From: Dictyostelium discoideum
Lineage: Eukaryota
Length of the DNA stretch: 64,000 nucleotides
Direction of reading: 5' to 3'
Assembly: GCA_000004695.1 (NCBI GenBank)
Contig: CM000151.3
Coordinates: forward strand, 64,001-128,000
The position numbers and the translations under genes were made by a program. Shown here piece by piece: positions 1 through 14,883 of this stretch. Within the stretch, counting starts at the first letter, position 1; each line of letters opens with the position of its first letter. The notes below the pieces were generated by a model. The model searched no databases. It was given only the letters and a program-made list of their open reading frames with translations, and had not been told where the DNA came from.

Positions 1-25
1 TCCAATTGTTATTGAATTATTATTA

Positions 26-592
26 ATGTTTCATAATAAAATCAATGCTATTCAACATCAACCTAATGGCGTTGATGATGGTGATGGTGATGATGCAATT
101 AAAAGAATTGAATTTATTAATCAAAATACACAACAAACAGTTTATAAATTAATTAATGAATGTAATAAAAATAGAAAAGAGTTATTGTTAATATCAATAA
201 AGAATACATCTCAACCATCTAAATATAGAAATACCATTTTGATAACATTGATTAAATTTTGTCAATTATCATATACATTAATGTTTCATCATACTGGTTA
301 TCCTGAACTTTATGCACCACTATTGGAATCATTAAATAAATGTAACCATTTATTACCTTCAATTCCATCAGAATTTCAAATGAAACGATTACTTCAAGAT
401 AACGAATGGCAATCACTAGATTCAATGGTTTTTGAAAATATAAAATTAAATAGAGTTTTAACTGATCGTTCAGGTTTAATTAATCTTGGTAATACTTGTT
501 ATATGAATTCTTTCTTACAATCACTTTATATGACAATACCATTTAGAAATTATTTATTATTTAAAATTGATCAAAATTTAATTAAATTTATA

Positions 593-624
<32 letters not shown>

Positions 625-1951
625 CAATAATAATGATAATAATAATGATGAAGAAATTTTTAAAATTTATTCAAAAGAAATTTTAAAAAGACCACAACTT
701 TTAAAACAAATTCAATTATTATTTGGTAATTTAAGATTATCTATAAAAGAATCGATTTCACCAAACTTATTCCTTCAATCATTACCAATTGAATTTCAAA
801 CTGGTCAACAACATGATTCTTTTGAATTTGGTAAATCATTATTAGATCATTTAGATTTAATTTTTAAACAACAAATAAAAAATGAACAACAACAGCAGCA
901 GCAGCAGCAACAGCAACAACAATTAAATTTAAAAAATTCAAATAATGCTAGCAATTCAACAAATATAGTTACAGAGATATCTAATCAATTTGGTGGTAAA
1001 TTATCACAAATAACAACATGTAGAAAATGTAGTAGTGAATCAATTAAAGTTGAAGAGTTTTTAGAATTATCATTACCATTTCATGATCATCGTAAACAAC
1101 AATATCAATTGGAAGAGATGATCAATGGTTACCTTTCAAATGAGGAATTAATCGGTGATAATAGATATCATTGTTCAAAGTGTAACTCTTTACAAGATGC
1201 TGATAAAATAATTGAAATTAATGAAACTCCTAATCATTTAATCATTGGTTTAAATAGATTTCATTTTTCAAGAGAAACTAAATCAATTGAAAAACTTTTA
1301 AATCATGTTGATTATCCTTTAAATTTAAATTTACCTTTTATTCAAAATCATCAAAAAGATCGAAATAATGATGAAATTAAAAATGAAAATGAAAATGAAA
1401 TTAAAAATGAAAATGAAAATGAAAATGAAAAAGAAGATTTTAAAAAGATTAAAATTAATGAAAATGATGATGATGATGATGATGATGATGGTGATGAAAA
1501 TAGTAAAGAAAAAAAGAAGAAATCAATAATAAAATTATCAAATTATTCATTATATTCAGTAATCATTCATAGTGGTAGATCACCAACTCATGGTCATTAT
1601 TATAATTATAGTTGTACTAGTAGTAATAATAGTAATGGTAAACCAGTGGATTGGTGTCTCTTTAATGATTCAATGGTAAAGATAACTGATGTTCAAACTT
1701 TTAAAAATATTAACAAACAATTCTATACCGATGTGCCCTATATTTTATTTTATGTTAAAAATCCATCATTACCATCATCACCTATTGATAATACTATTGA
1801 TACTACTAATAATGATGATGTATCTCCATGGATAAAACAATCAATTATTAAAGAGAATCAAAATTTATTAAGTAAATTTAATAATACTAAAAATAAGAAT
1901 TCTAATATTCTGGAACAATTTCATACTTCTGGATATTTTAAAAAAAAATAA
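26..1951 (+). CDS. Ubiquitin carboxyl-terminal hydrolase (USP/UBP family deubiquitinase). The reading frame is open back to base 2, so the 5' end may lie upstream of the window.
   Basis: Cys-box GLINLGNTCYMNSFLQSLY and His-box YSLYSVIIHSGRSPTHGHYYNY, both diagnostic of peptidase family C19. Single long ORF with poly-N/poly-Q/poly-D insertions typical of Dictyostelium. Confidence 0.8.
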
Positions 1952-2273
1952 ATAAATAAGAATAAAAAATAAAAAATTACACAGTGGATAAAGAATTTAT
2001 TTACAATTTTAATTTTTTTTAAATTTTTTTTTTTATTTTCAAGGTTAGTGAGTAGAAAATAATTTTAATCAATTTTAAAAATAAAAATAAAAATAAAAAT
2101 AAATTATAAAAAAAAAAAAAGTGCAAATTTACACTTTTTTTTTTTTTTTTTTTTTTAATTTTTAATTAAAAATTTTTTTTTTTTTTTTTTTTTTTCAATT
2201 TTTCCCACTTTTTTTAAACATTCAAATACTTAAATATTAAAAAAAAAAAAAAAACTAAAAAAAAAAAAAAAAC

Positions 2274-3623
<1,350 letters not shown>

Positions 3624-3793
3624 AATCTAATTGTTATATAGGAAAAAGAGGAAAAAGAAGAAAAAAAAAAAAAAAAAAAAAACTATAATGTAGTCATAAT
3701 AAAGAGCATATTTGTATAAAATAAAATGTAATCATATTAAAGAGCATATTTGTATATATAATAAATTAAATAAATATTTTACAGGTTCCGCCC

Positions 3794-3828
<35 letters not shown>

Positions 3829-4199
3829 CAAAATTTTTTATTTTTTTTTATTTTTTTTTTTTTTGAAAACAGGATCAATTTGGTAATCAATTGTTTTTAT
3901 AAATATTTGTTGTTGTAAATATTAACTGAGAATATTTACAATAAAAAAAAAAAAAAAAGAAAAAGAAAAAAAAAAAAAAAAAAAAAAATTATGGAAAAAC
4001 ATAAATTGGACGGTATAAATAAAAAAATGGATAAAATGCCATCATAAACGCGAAAAACTTTTTTTTTTTTTTTTTTTATTTTTTTTTTTTTTTTTTTTAT
4101 TTTTTTTTAATTTTTTTTCATTTTAAAAAAAAAAAAAAAAATTTTTTTTTTTTTTTTTTTATTGTTGAGATTAGACGACAAAAACATATATTCATAAAA

Positions 4200-5521
4200 A
4201 TGTTCTCAAGAAAATCTTTATCTATTTTTTCTGTAAGAAATCTATTAAAAAAATAAAACAAAAATAAAACAAATTATTATTATTTTTTGCTAACCAAAAA
4301 AATTTATTATTTTTATTTTTTTTTTTCTTTTAAAAAAAAAAAAAAAAAAATATCAAACCACACTCATACACAATTTCGTCACTTCAATTTTTTAACAATT
4401 AAATTTCATATTAATAAAAAAAAAATTGACAACATAAATCCAAAAAAAAAAAAAAAAAAAAAAAATTTTGATTAATTTATTTTTTTAAGACATTACGTAA
4501 CTATTCTAGTAGTACAAGTAAAATTCAAAAAGTTACATTAATTCCAGGTGATGGTATTGGTCCAGAGATTTCAGAATCAGTTAAAAGAGTATTTTCAGCA
4601 GTCAAAGCACCAATTGAATGGGAAACTGTTGTAGTTGATGCCAATACAGGTATTTCAAAAGAAGTTATTGAATCAATTTCAAAAAATAAGATTGGTTTAA
4701 AAGGTCCAATCTCAACACCAATTGGTACAGGACATCAATCATTGAATTTAGGTCTTCGTAAGACTTTTAATTTATATGCCAACATTAGACCATGTCTTTC
4801 AATTCCAGGTCATAAAACACGTTACAACAATGTAAACACCGTTGTTGTCAGAGAAAATACAGAGGGTGAATACTCTGGTATTGAGAATCAACCAGTTAAG
4901 GGTGTTGCTCAATCAATTAAAATCATCACAAAAGAAGCCTCCACCAGAATCGCACACTATGCTTTCCAATACGCCTTGGCCAATGGTAGAAAGAAGGTCA
5001 CCTGTATTCACAAAGCAAACATTATGAAACAATCCGATGGTCTCTTTGTTAAATCATGCAGAGAAGTTTCAACTCGTTATCCATCCATTAAATATGAAGA
5101 ATTAACCATCGATAACAATTGTATGCAATTGGTTTTAGATCCAAATCAAATGGACGTTATGGTACTCCCAAATCTCTATGGTGATATCGTTAGTGATTTA
5201 TGTGCTGGTTTAATTGGTGGTTTAGGTCTTACCCCATCTGGTAACATTGGTGAAAATGGTTCTGCTATCTTTGAAGCCGTCCATGGTACTGCCCCTGATA
5301 TTGCTGGTAAAAACAAGGCAAATCCAACCGCTCTCATCTTATCATCAATTATGATGTTACGTCATCTCGGTCACTTCCATGAAGCCTCAATCATTGAAAA
5401 TGCTGTTTTAAATACTCTTACTGAAGGTAAAGTTAAAACTGGAGATTTAGGTGGTAATTCATCTTGTTCTGAATATACTGATGAACTTGTTAAAAAAATT
5501 ACTGAATCTTTAAATAAATAA
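4200..5521 (+). CDS. idhA: Isocitrate dehydrogenase [NAD] alpha subunit, mitochondrial. Two exons: 4200..4232 and 4490..5521.
   Basis: Exon 1 encodes [11 protein letters not shown] (presequence-like) ending at a gtaaga donor. The 257-bp poly-A/T intron ends at ttttttaag. Exon 2 starts [22 protein letters not shown]. Near-colinear match to human IDH3A: [81 protein letters not shown]. The symbol is from memory of dictyBase naming and is less certain than the function. Confidence 0.85.
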
Positions 5522-5675
5522 AATAAATAAAATAAAATAATTAAAAAAAAAAAAGAATTTAAAATAAAATAAAATATAATTGTTTAAAAATATTATTTAT
5601 TTAAATCTTTTTTTTTATTTTTTTTTTATTATTATATAATATATATATAGTTTTTTATTTATTTATTTTTTTAAT

Positions 5676-7374
5676 TTATAAATTTTTTTTATCTTTATTA
5701 TTTTTTAAAATTTTTGAATTTGTATTATTTGGTTTTAATTTTGAATAATTTGGATTTTTACTTTTTTTTAATTTTTTAAAATAAAGATAAAGAAAAGTTT
5801 GAGGGACATGATTACCAGTGATTTTTAATTTTTCAGCACTATCTAATACTTCTCTACGAGAGTGACCTTTAATTTGAATGAAATGTTTCTCCAATTCTTT
5901 GATATATTCTTTAGTGATGACAACACCATTTTTATCATACCAAACCTCAACGGTACGATTGAGGATAGCACCAATTTGATAACCTAAAGAGAGTAGACCA
6001 CCCAAAGTTTTGACAGAGATTTCGAAATTTAAAGATGGACGAGTATTGACGGCACCATCCATCATTTCATTGTAGAAGGTGATATTGAATTGACCATGCT
6101 CAGAACGACGAATTCTAATCCAATTTCTTTTATCGGCTTGAGAGATACCATCGACACCATATTTTGGTGGATAGAGATACATATCGCTAAAGTTCTTTTT
6201 AACTGGTACAACATTGAGTGATGAGAGGAATTGATCGAAAAACTGTTTATTATTATCGTATTTGGCTTTACAAACGTAAACTGGTTCAACCACTTGACTC
6301 ATTGGATTGAAACTACTATGAATTTTAATCTTTGCTTGATCTAAATCTGGTTCAACAAATGCTTTAAACATTGGAAATACAACATTGGTAATTTGTGCCA
6401 ATACATCCTTACTTGAATTCTTACCACTCGTAACAATACCTCTCATTATACTCTTTATTAGATCCAAATGTACACCACCTGTAATTGCAACACTAATATC
6501 CAATAGTGGTCTAATACGTGCACTCAATGCATATGCACCCTCTAATATAATAACTTTTGATGTTGATAATGATATACTTCTACTTTCCATCTTTCTATTT
6601 ACAATCTTTGGAATTATAACTGTTTTATTTTCTTTTAATTCATTTAATGTTGACTAATTTATTTAAATAATTAATAAATTTTATAAAATTTATTATTATT
6701 ATTATTTATTTTTAAAAAAAAAAAAAAAAAAACTTACAATAACTTTATCAAAATCAATTAATACAGGATCATCATAATTATTATCTTTAACATTTTCAAG
6801 TTTAACGAAATCTTGAAGTGAAATTATAACACCATTAACAAGACTACCGATTTTATTAGCTAATGTTGTTTTTCCAGCACCAACTGGGCCAGCAATACCT
6901 AAACATATAATTCTTTTTGGATCTTTTTCTGTTAATATTTCAATTGCCCTACATGCATGAAAAAATCCTTGATCAAATGATAATTGATATGGTACTTGTT
7001 TAATTTCAAATAAACCTGTCTTTGAATTAATCTCTCCTAAAATATCTAATTCTTCTTCAAATTGTTTTTCTCTTGTAAATCTTTATTTTATTATTTTATT
7101 GTTGTAAAAATAATTAGTAAAATTATTTATTGTTTATTATTTATTAATTTTTTTTAATAAATAATTTTTTATTTTATTTTTTTTAAACATACGATGAATC
7201 GGATTCGATGGACTGGTCGTGATCTTTTTTATTCTTTGGTAATGGTTTTACAAAGGTAATTGATTCACTTTCATTTTGTGAGGAGACATCATTTGTTGAT
7301 AACAAATGAGAAGAAATGGTTTCGATTCTGGAAATGTATCTATTTTCCATTATTTCTATTGATTGTATTATCAC
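5676..7374 (-). CDS. P-loop uridine kinase/phosphoribulokinase-family kinase fused to a C-terminal CYTH (CyaB/thiamine-triphosphatase-like) domain. Proposed exons on the minus strand: 7374..7193, 7080..6738, 6605..5676.
   Basis: Exon B encodes the P-loop GIAGPVGAGKTT. Exon C encodes a UK/PRK-like core (VIILEGAYAL, DISVAITGGVHLDLIKSIMRGI) followed by a CYTH-like region (EISVKTLGGLLSLGYQIGAILNRTVEVWYDKNGVVITKEYIKELEK). Splice sites are gtatgt/gtaagtt donors and aataaag/ccaaag acceptors, and the phases are consistent. Exons B and C are 0.75; the assignment of the first exon 7193..7374 is the less certain 0.5. Confidence 0.65.
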
Positions 7375-7423
7375 TCCCCTCCAAAAAAAAATAAAATAAA
7401 ATAAAAAAAATAAGGGTGATTCG

Positions 7424-7455
<32 letters not shown>

Positions 7456-8186
7456 TAAAAATTAAAAAAAAATAAAATTTTAAAAAAAGGTAAAATAGTT
7501 AAAATTTTTTTTTTAAGGGGTGAGGAATAAAAAAAAAAAAAGATAAAAATAAAAAAAAAAGATAAAAATAAATTTAATAATAATTATTATCTGTTTTCTT
7601 TAATTAAAAAAAAAAAAATATAATTAAGTTTTTATTTTTCCTCCTTGGAGAATTAAAATCCAAAATATGTCTTTTAATATTTTATTTTCATATTAAAAAT
7701 CCATACCATTGTAGTAGTTCATCACATCTCTAATATTAAAAGGGGGTACCATTTTGGTTAACTTTCAGTGATTGATACATTGGATGGATGTGTTTTGGTG
7801 GCTCTTTTTTTCTCTCGCTGATGTCAATTTTTATTTATTTTTAATAATAAAATCTAAATTGAATAAAAAAAAAAAAAAAAACAAATTGAAAAAATTAATA
7901 AAACTGATAAAAAAAAAAAAAAAAAAACCTGTTTAAAAAAAGTTAAACAAATAAATTTTTGTTTTAATTGGGTTTTTTTTTTTTTTTTATTCAATTTAGA
8001 TTTTGTAGATATGATTCTTCTAATTTGTCGAACAAATCTAATTTTTTAATTATTTTTTTATTTTCTTTTTTTTTTTTATTTTTTTTATTTTTGGGTTTTT
8101 TATTTTTATTTTTTTTTTTTTTGAATTTTTTTTTTTTTTTTTTTTTAATCCATTTTTTATTTAATCAAAATTCAATTTCACCCCCT

Positions 8187-8232
<46 letters not shown>

Positions 8233-8257
8233 TTTTATTTTTATTTCTAACAACATA

Positions 8258-8959
8258 ATGTTTACACAATCAATACCAGAATGTTATAGTTGTAAACAAC
8301 CAATTACAGAAATTTGTTTAACAGCATTTGGGTTACAATGGCATCCACATCATATTGGATGTAATGTGTGTGGTAAAGATTTTTCAGATGGTTCAAGATG
8401 TGAAGAAGGTCCAGATGGATTCGCCTATTGTTCAAAGGATTTATTAGATAAATTTGCTCCAAAATGTCAAAAATGTAAACAAGCAATCATAGGTCAAACT
8501 ACTAATGCTGTTGGTAAAACTTATCATCCTGAACATTTTCAATGTGAAACTTGTAATGTAAGTTTAAAAAATCTTTAAAAATAATTAATTAAATAAATAA
8601 ATAAATAAATAAAAAAAAAAAAAAATAAAATAAAATGAAATGAAATTAATTAAAACGAAATTCAAACAATAATATTTATTTATTTAATTTTATTATAGAT
8701 GGTATTAACAGGTAATTTCTATCATACTGATGATGGAACACCATTTTGTGAAAAACATTATTATGAAAAGATTGGTTTCTTATGCAGACATTGTGATAAA
8801 CCAATCATTTCTGGTAAATGTATCACTGTTGGTACAACTCGTTTCCATCCAGAACATTTCTTTTGTCAATTTTGTAAATCAAATTTATCTGGTGTAGGTT
8901 ATAAAAAACAAGGTGATAAATGTTATTGTAATGAATGTTTCTTAAAATTATATGGTTAA
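8258..8959 (+). CDS. LIM-domain protein with three LIM zinc-finger domains. Two exons: 8258..8557 and 8699..8959.
   Basis: Three CxxC-x17-HxxC-xxC-xxC-x17-CxxC/H/D LIM signatures (CYSCKQPI..HIGCNVCGK; CQKCKQAI..HFQCETCN/..FCEKHY; CRHCDKPI..HFFCQFCKSNL..CNEC). The phase-0 intron runs from gtaagt to tattatag, and exon 2 continues in frame. Confidence 0.8.
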
Positions 8960-9202
8960 TTTTTAAAATTTAAAATTAGAATTAAAAAAAAAAAAAAAAA
9001 CAACTGTAACAGTAATAAAATTATATAAATTAAAAAAACAAAATTAATAATAAACAATAAATATTAATTATTTACTATTTGTATTTATATTTGGTTTTTT
9101 TTTTTATTATTTTATTATTTTATTATTATTTATTTATTCTCATCATTATATTTATTTATTTGTTTATTTTTTTTTTATTTATTTTTTTTTATGATGATTT
9201 AA

Positions 9203-9345
<143 letters not shown>

Positions 9346-9359
9346 TTTATTTAGATTAA

Positions 9360-9592
9360 TTAATAAAATGGCATTACAGGTGGTGAAGTTGGTGGTTCAA
9401 CATTTCTATACCATTCTGGATTCTCTAAAACAAAGTTACGATAATATAATAAAACAACTAATGGTTGGCCAAGTACGATTGATATCCAGAAAATTACATT
9501 TCCCAAGTTTCTACCATTCATCAAATTTTTAGTTAATGCAATTAAAACCATCTAAAAATAAAAATAAATATAATTAAATAAATGGATTAGTA

Positions 9593-9678
<86 letters not shown>

Positions 9679-10053
9679 TTTGTTTGTTTTTCTACTACTA
9701 CTACTACTACTACTAATACTACTTACTTGACTCATGATACCAAAGAAACCCCATAATTTTAAAGAATGGAAAGGAATACTAATAACTAATTCATGGAAAA
9801 TAGCAGATACAAAGAAACACATGAAATAACCCATATTTTTACTGAAACCTCTTCTTCTCATTGGTGTATAAATTAAAACTACCATCCAATGATGAACAGG
9901 CATATTCCACGTTCTCCAAAAATAATCTAAACCTGTACTATTCCACCAATCTCTATAGAATTCTCTATCACCAAATCTTGTAATCTCTGCAACAATATTT
10001 AAATATAAATGGAAAAACACATAAAATCCTAATAACCAAACATATAAATTTGG

Positions 10054-10112
<59 letters not shown>

Positions 10113-11578
10113 AAAAAAAATATATATATTAGTATTAAATTAATTATTAATTATTAATTATTAATTGACTTACAGATAATTTCATAATTCTTTCAACAAT
10201 TAAAACTATATCAATCTTTTCTAAAGGTTCAATACTATTTTGAACTAATGGTAACATATATTGATTAACCATCCAAAGTATTAAGAGAGAGAGAGATAAA
10301 GCCTCAACGATTCTTCTAAGTAGATAACCTTTTCTAATCTTTGGAGAACGTGGATAACTTAATTGGTATACTAAAGTTGGTACCAACATGAACCAATAGG
10401 TACTACGAAGTGATAGATTATTTGGATAGATTGAAGTATTGGTTGGATCGATTACAAATTTCTTATTGTCAGGATTCAATTTACGTTGTTTACTATTCTC
10501 ATAGGCATAACTAATGATCTTCATACTGAATGTGCAAATCAAAATCATAACGATGATACCAGATGCTGGATTCGGTGAGAATGCAATGATCGAACCTGAT
10601 GGTACTATAATCACAGCTGCACAATTTATAATTCGAAGTAAATAACAAATACGATCTGGTAACAATTGTTTTGCTGCTGCTTTCTCTATTAAATAAGCTG
10701 CAATAATAAATAGATTTATCATTAAACTTATCATTACACCTGGCCATCTATGATATTCTGATATCTTGTATAAATCTAAATTAATTCTAATACCATATAA
10801 TAAATGATTTAAAATTACTAATCTAAAACTTGCAGTAATCTAAAAAATAAATAAAAAATTAGTATTATTATTTTTATTATTATCTATAAATTTAAAATAA
10901 AATAAAACATACTAATAAAATTAATAATAAATTTAAGAAACCTCTATAAGATGAACCATTTGATTCACTACTAAGAATTGATGGACGAAGTGTGAATAAA
11001 CCATTCATTGTCATTTTTTCTTCTTGTTTTGGTGGTGTTGAGATCTTATTATTATTATTGTTATTATTATTATTATTGTTGTTATTACCATTATTATTTT
11101 GATTGTGGTGGTGGTGGTGGTGGTTGCTGTGGTTGATGGTACCTTCATCATCAGTTAATGGTTGAACATTATTATTAGTTGGTTGTTTTGATTGAATTTG
11201 TGTATTGATCTTTCTTTGAGTTAAATTTGATTGTTTACCATTTGCTGATGAAAAGGTTGGACTAGTGTTGTTTTGATTATTGTTGTTTGTATTTCTCTTT
11301 GCAAGAAAGAATTCACTGTCGGATTCTGATTCACTATCAGAGAATGATATCTTTGGTGCATCAATACGTGATTTAGTTCTATCTAATTTATGAAATTCAT
11401 GTGAAATGAAACGATTTCTAACACGTTCTGTTTCATTTAATTCGTTTAATTTTGAATTTCTTTGATCTCTTCTTTGTTGTTGTTGCTGTTGCTGTTGCTG
11501 TTGTGGTTGTTGTGGTTGTTGTGGTTGTTTATCCATTGAATTGTTTTTATTGCCATTAGATGGTGGAATTGGTTCCAT
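9360..11578 (-). CDS. dgat1: Diacylglycerol O-acyltransferase 1 (MBOAT family). Four exons on the minus strand: 11578..10913, 10839..10174, 10056..9727, 9551..9360.
   Basis: FGDREFYRDWWNS is the DGAT1/ACAT signature. VHHWMVVLIYTPMRRRGFSKNMGYFMCFFVSAIFHELVISIPF contains the MBOAT catalytic His. The C-terminus GNVIFWISIVLGQPLVVLLYY and the N-terminus SSYRGFLNLLLILL also match. All junctions are GT-AG (gtatgt, gtaagt, gtaagt) and joining them restores colinearity with human DGAT1. The introns contain (AAT)n and (AT)n microsatellites. Confidence 0.85.
9594..9676. repeat. (AAT)n microsatellite in DGAT1 intron 3, followed by a (TAC)n run
   Basis: Perfect trinucleotide run. It reads as poly-L on the minus strand inside ORF 9574..10020 but is intronic in the spliced model. 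Confidence 0.9.
10059..10108. repeat. (AT)n dinucleotide microsatellite of about 25 units, in DGAT1 intron 2
   Basis: Perfect dinucleotide run. Confidence 0.95.
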
Positions 11579-12104
11579 AGCAATAATGATTGTTCACAAT
11601 TTATTTTATTTTATTTTTTTTTTTATTAAAAATAAAAAATAATTTTTAATTTTCAAAAAAAAAAAAAAAAAAAAAAAATTAAAAAAAAAAATCGATTATT
11701 AAAAAAATTAAAAAAATTAAAAAAAAAAAAAAAAAAAAAAAAAGTGGGGCATCCATTTGCCCTAGTGTTTTTTATTAGATTTTGTAAAAAACCAATTATG
11801 TTTTTTATTTTTAATTTTTTTTTAATTTTATTTTTTTTTAATTTTTTTTTTTTTTTGAAAATAAAACATTTCGCCTTAAATATCTTTTTTAATACAAAAC
11901 CATCGAAAATGAACAGATAATTTCAAATTTTTTGGAGAGGGGGCATCAAAAAAAACTAAAAAAAAAAAAAAAAAAAAAAATAAAATTAAATTAAAAATGA
12001 AATTTTAAAAGAAATTTAAAAAAACAGAAAAAAAAAAAAAAATAGGCTTCTAATTCAAATAAATTAAAACCATCACATCAGATAACACCTGGTCACAATT
12101 ACAC

Positions 12105-12143
<39 letters not shown>

Positions 12144-12521
12144 TTATTTTTTTATTTATTTTTTTTATTTAATATTTTTTTTTTTCATTATTTTTTTTAT
12201 TAATTAAAAAAAAAAAAAAAAAATTTAACCCCATTCCTAAATATAACAAAAATTATACACACAAACACCCAATCTTTTATTCCGCTTAATTATAAAGAAT
12301 TATTATAAATAATTAATAAAGGTTTGGTTTTTTTTTAAAAAATATAATTAATAATTAAATTTTTTTTTTTTTTTTTATTATTTTCATTTTTTTTATTATT
12401 TTTTTTTTTTTTTTTGTTAGTTTAAATTAAAAAATATATTATTTAACCTTTTCATTTTTTTTCATTATTTTTGTTAAGGGTATTTTTTATTTTTAAAAAT
12501 AGAAAAATTAAATACTCAAGA
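11579..12521. promoter_or_regulatory. Divergent intergenic region shared by DGAT1 (minus) and the acyl-CoA oxidase gene (plus). Presumed bidirectional promoter.
   Basis: The two start codons face away from each other 943 bp apart. The region is poly-A/T rich with a few GC-containing islands (gtggggcatccatttgccctagtg; ccatcacatcagataacacctggtcacaattacac). Assigned by position only. Confidence 0.3.
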
Positions 12522-12694
12522 ATGGATGTAAAATATATTATCAATAAAGATCAATTGCACCAAGCCAGAAATAGTGCACTCCACGCTCACGAAAAGGTAA
12601 AGATATTTATTTTTTTTTTTTTTTCAAATTTTTTAGGAAATTAAATTAAAACATAAACTAAAAAATAATATCTTCTTTTTTTCTTTCTTCAAAA

Positions 12695-12730
<36 letters not shown>

Positions 12731-14883
12731 AATCGATTTAATCTAATGTCATAATATGCTACAACAACTATGAATAATAATTAGTATTATAAAGACTTTA
12801 GTCAATTATTAAAAACAAATATTAATAATAGACCAGTGATTGATATGGCTAGTGATGAACATAAAGCCAAAACACATAGAGATGCGATAGAAGTTTGTAA
12901 GATGGGAGTTTTAGATGTTAGAGTTATTCAGAAAGATCCAAAGATATTCTTGTCCTATTTAACGAGTTTATCAAGTTGTGATATGTCATTGATGGCTAAA
13001 TTAGTCATTCATTTCCAATTATTTGGTGGTACAATCTTAGAGTTGGGTACAGAAGAACACCATAATAAATACTTTCCAGATATTAAAACCATGAGAATCG
13101 TTGGTGGTTTCGGTATGACTGAAATGGGACATGGTTCAAATGTTAGACAAATTGAAACAACAGCTGAATATGACCATACTACAAAAGAATTTATAATTAA
13201 TTCACCAACTCGTTCAAGTACTAAATTTTGGATTGGTAATATGGCAAGTAAGTAATCATATATATATATATTAATATATATATTTGTTATTAATAATTAT
13301 TTCAAAAAAAGAATATGGTACACATATTGTTTTATTTTGTAGATTAATTTATAAAGGTGAAGATAAAGGTGTACATGGTATAGTTACACAAATTAGAGAT
13401 TTAGATAGTAAAAATGTATTTCCAGGTATTGAAATTGGTGATTGTGGTCCAAAGATCGGTTGGAATGGTATTGATAATGCTTGGATTAGATTTACAAATT
13501 ATCGTGTTCCAAAAGAAAATTTATTAAATAGATTTGCAAATATTTCAGATTCTGGTGATTATACTTGTAAATTATCAACACCTGGTAAATTATTTCAAGT
13601 TACAATATCTCAATTAGTTTTTGGAAGGTAATCATAATTAAAATTATAAAAATATAAAGTGTGTTTTTAATTAACTATTACTAACACATATTTTCAATTT
13701 AAATATCAATATATCTAGATTATTATATATTTGTGGACCAATTAAAGCATTAACAATTACATTAAGAACCGGTTTAACATATGCATTTAATAGAAGACAA
13801 TTTGGTGAAAAAAATAAAATTGAAGAATTAATTATAAATTATCCATCACATTATCAAGTGTTATTACCAATGTTAAGTCATTTGGTTGCATTCGAATTTG
13901 CAAGAGATTCAATCATTGAAAGATTACTTGAACCAAAAACTACTGATGAAAGATTAGATGAAACAAATTCAACAATTAGTGGTGTAAAAGCATTAGTAAA
14001 TGAATATACTATGATTTATTTAAATAAATTAAGAACTTTTTGTGGTGGTAATGGGTAAAAATATTCATAATTTATTAATTTATTAATTTATAAATTAATT
14101 ACTAATTTTTTAATTTTATTATTATTATTATTATTATTATAAAAAAGTGTATCATCATTTAATTTATTTGGATATTATAGAAATGAAATGGATATTTTTC
14201 AAACAGCAGAGGGTGATGGAGCAGTATTATATCAACAATTGGCTAAATTTTTATTATCAGAATATAAGAAATGGTATAAGAAAGAAGGTGTTACAGGATA
14301 TATAATTAAAGAGGTTCAAACTTTTTTAGCAACTAGTAATCCAATGTATACTCATACTAGATCAATTCCATATATTCTATCGAATGAATTTCATCATCAT
14401 GCATTCCTTTATAGATTTGAACGTATTCGTTCAACTGTAATCGAGAAACTTAGTCATTCAAAATCAAAGAAATTGACATTCCTTCAATCTTGGAATGATT
14501 CACTACTATACATCATAGATATGGCAAAGGCTTATTCTCATCTTTACATTTTAGAACAAAGTCATCTAGCAATTAGAAGATGTCAAGATCCTTCAACAAG
14601 ACATTTACTCAATGATTTGATTAAACTATATGCTCTATCAAATATTGAACAAGATTTTGCTTTCTTTAGAAATTGTAATTTCTTATCCTCTGGTAAAGCA
14701 TTTGCAATATCTGATGCAATCAAAGAACTATGTATTGGTATTAAACCTTATGCACTTCAAATCATTAATTCTGATTATAACATTTTAATTGATCCACTCT
14801 TAAATATTCCTTTAGCAAATTTGGATGGTGATTATATTAATCATATGGCTGATTGTGTTGGTGTTCCAAAATCAAATTTATAA
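12522..14883 (+). CDS. Acyl-CoA oxidase, peroxisomal-type. Five exons: approximately 12522..12596, an exon ending at 13247 (about 12832/12837..13247), 13312..13627, 13719..14054, 14148..14883.
   Basis: GFGMTEMGHGSNVRQIETTAEYDHTTKEFIINSPT...KFWIGNMA is the ACOX signature. Exons 3-5 restore colinearity with human ACOX1, including CGGNG-G-VSSFNLFGYYRNEMDIFQTAEGDG matching [29 protein letters not shown]. Donors are gtaagt, gtaatc and gtaaaa. Acceptors are aaaaaaag, tctag and aaaaaag. I could not make the exon 1/exon 2 junction phase-consistent, so the 5' end is uncertain. The C-terminus ends ..KSNL. Confidence 0.75.

Noticed and set aside
3712-4475. ORFs 3712..3918 and 4287..4475 (poly-F/poly-K products)
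   Set aside because: Pure translations of poly-T/poly-A intergenic tracts. The second overlaps the intron of the IDH gene.
4842-5027. ORF 4842..5027 (+)
   Set aside because: Alternative frame inside the IDH exon 2
6062-6657. ORFs 6062..6289 (-) and 6385..6657 (+)
   Set aside because: Out-of-frame or antisense to the well-supported PRK-CYTH exon
7968-8258. ORF 7968..8258 (96 aa, poly-F/L)
   Set aside because: Translation of the poly-T tract in the LIM gene 5' flank. No complexity.
8304-8486. ORF 8304..8486 (-)
   Set aside because: Antisense to LIM exon 1
14872-14883. C-terminal SNL of the acyl-CoA oxidase as a PTS1
   Set aside because: SNL deviates from the canonical [SAC][KRH][LM] tripeptide. 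Peroxisomal targeting is plausible but not demonstrable from the sequence.
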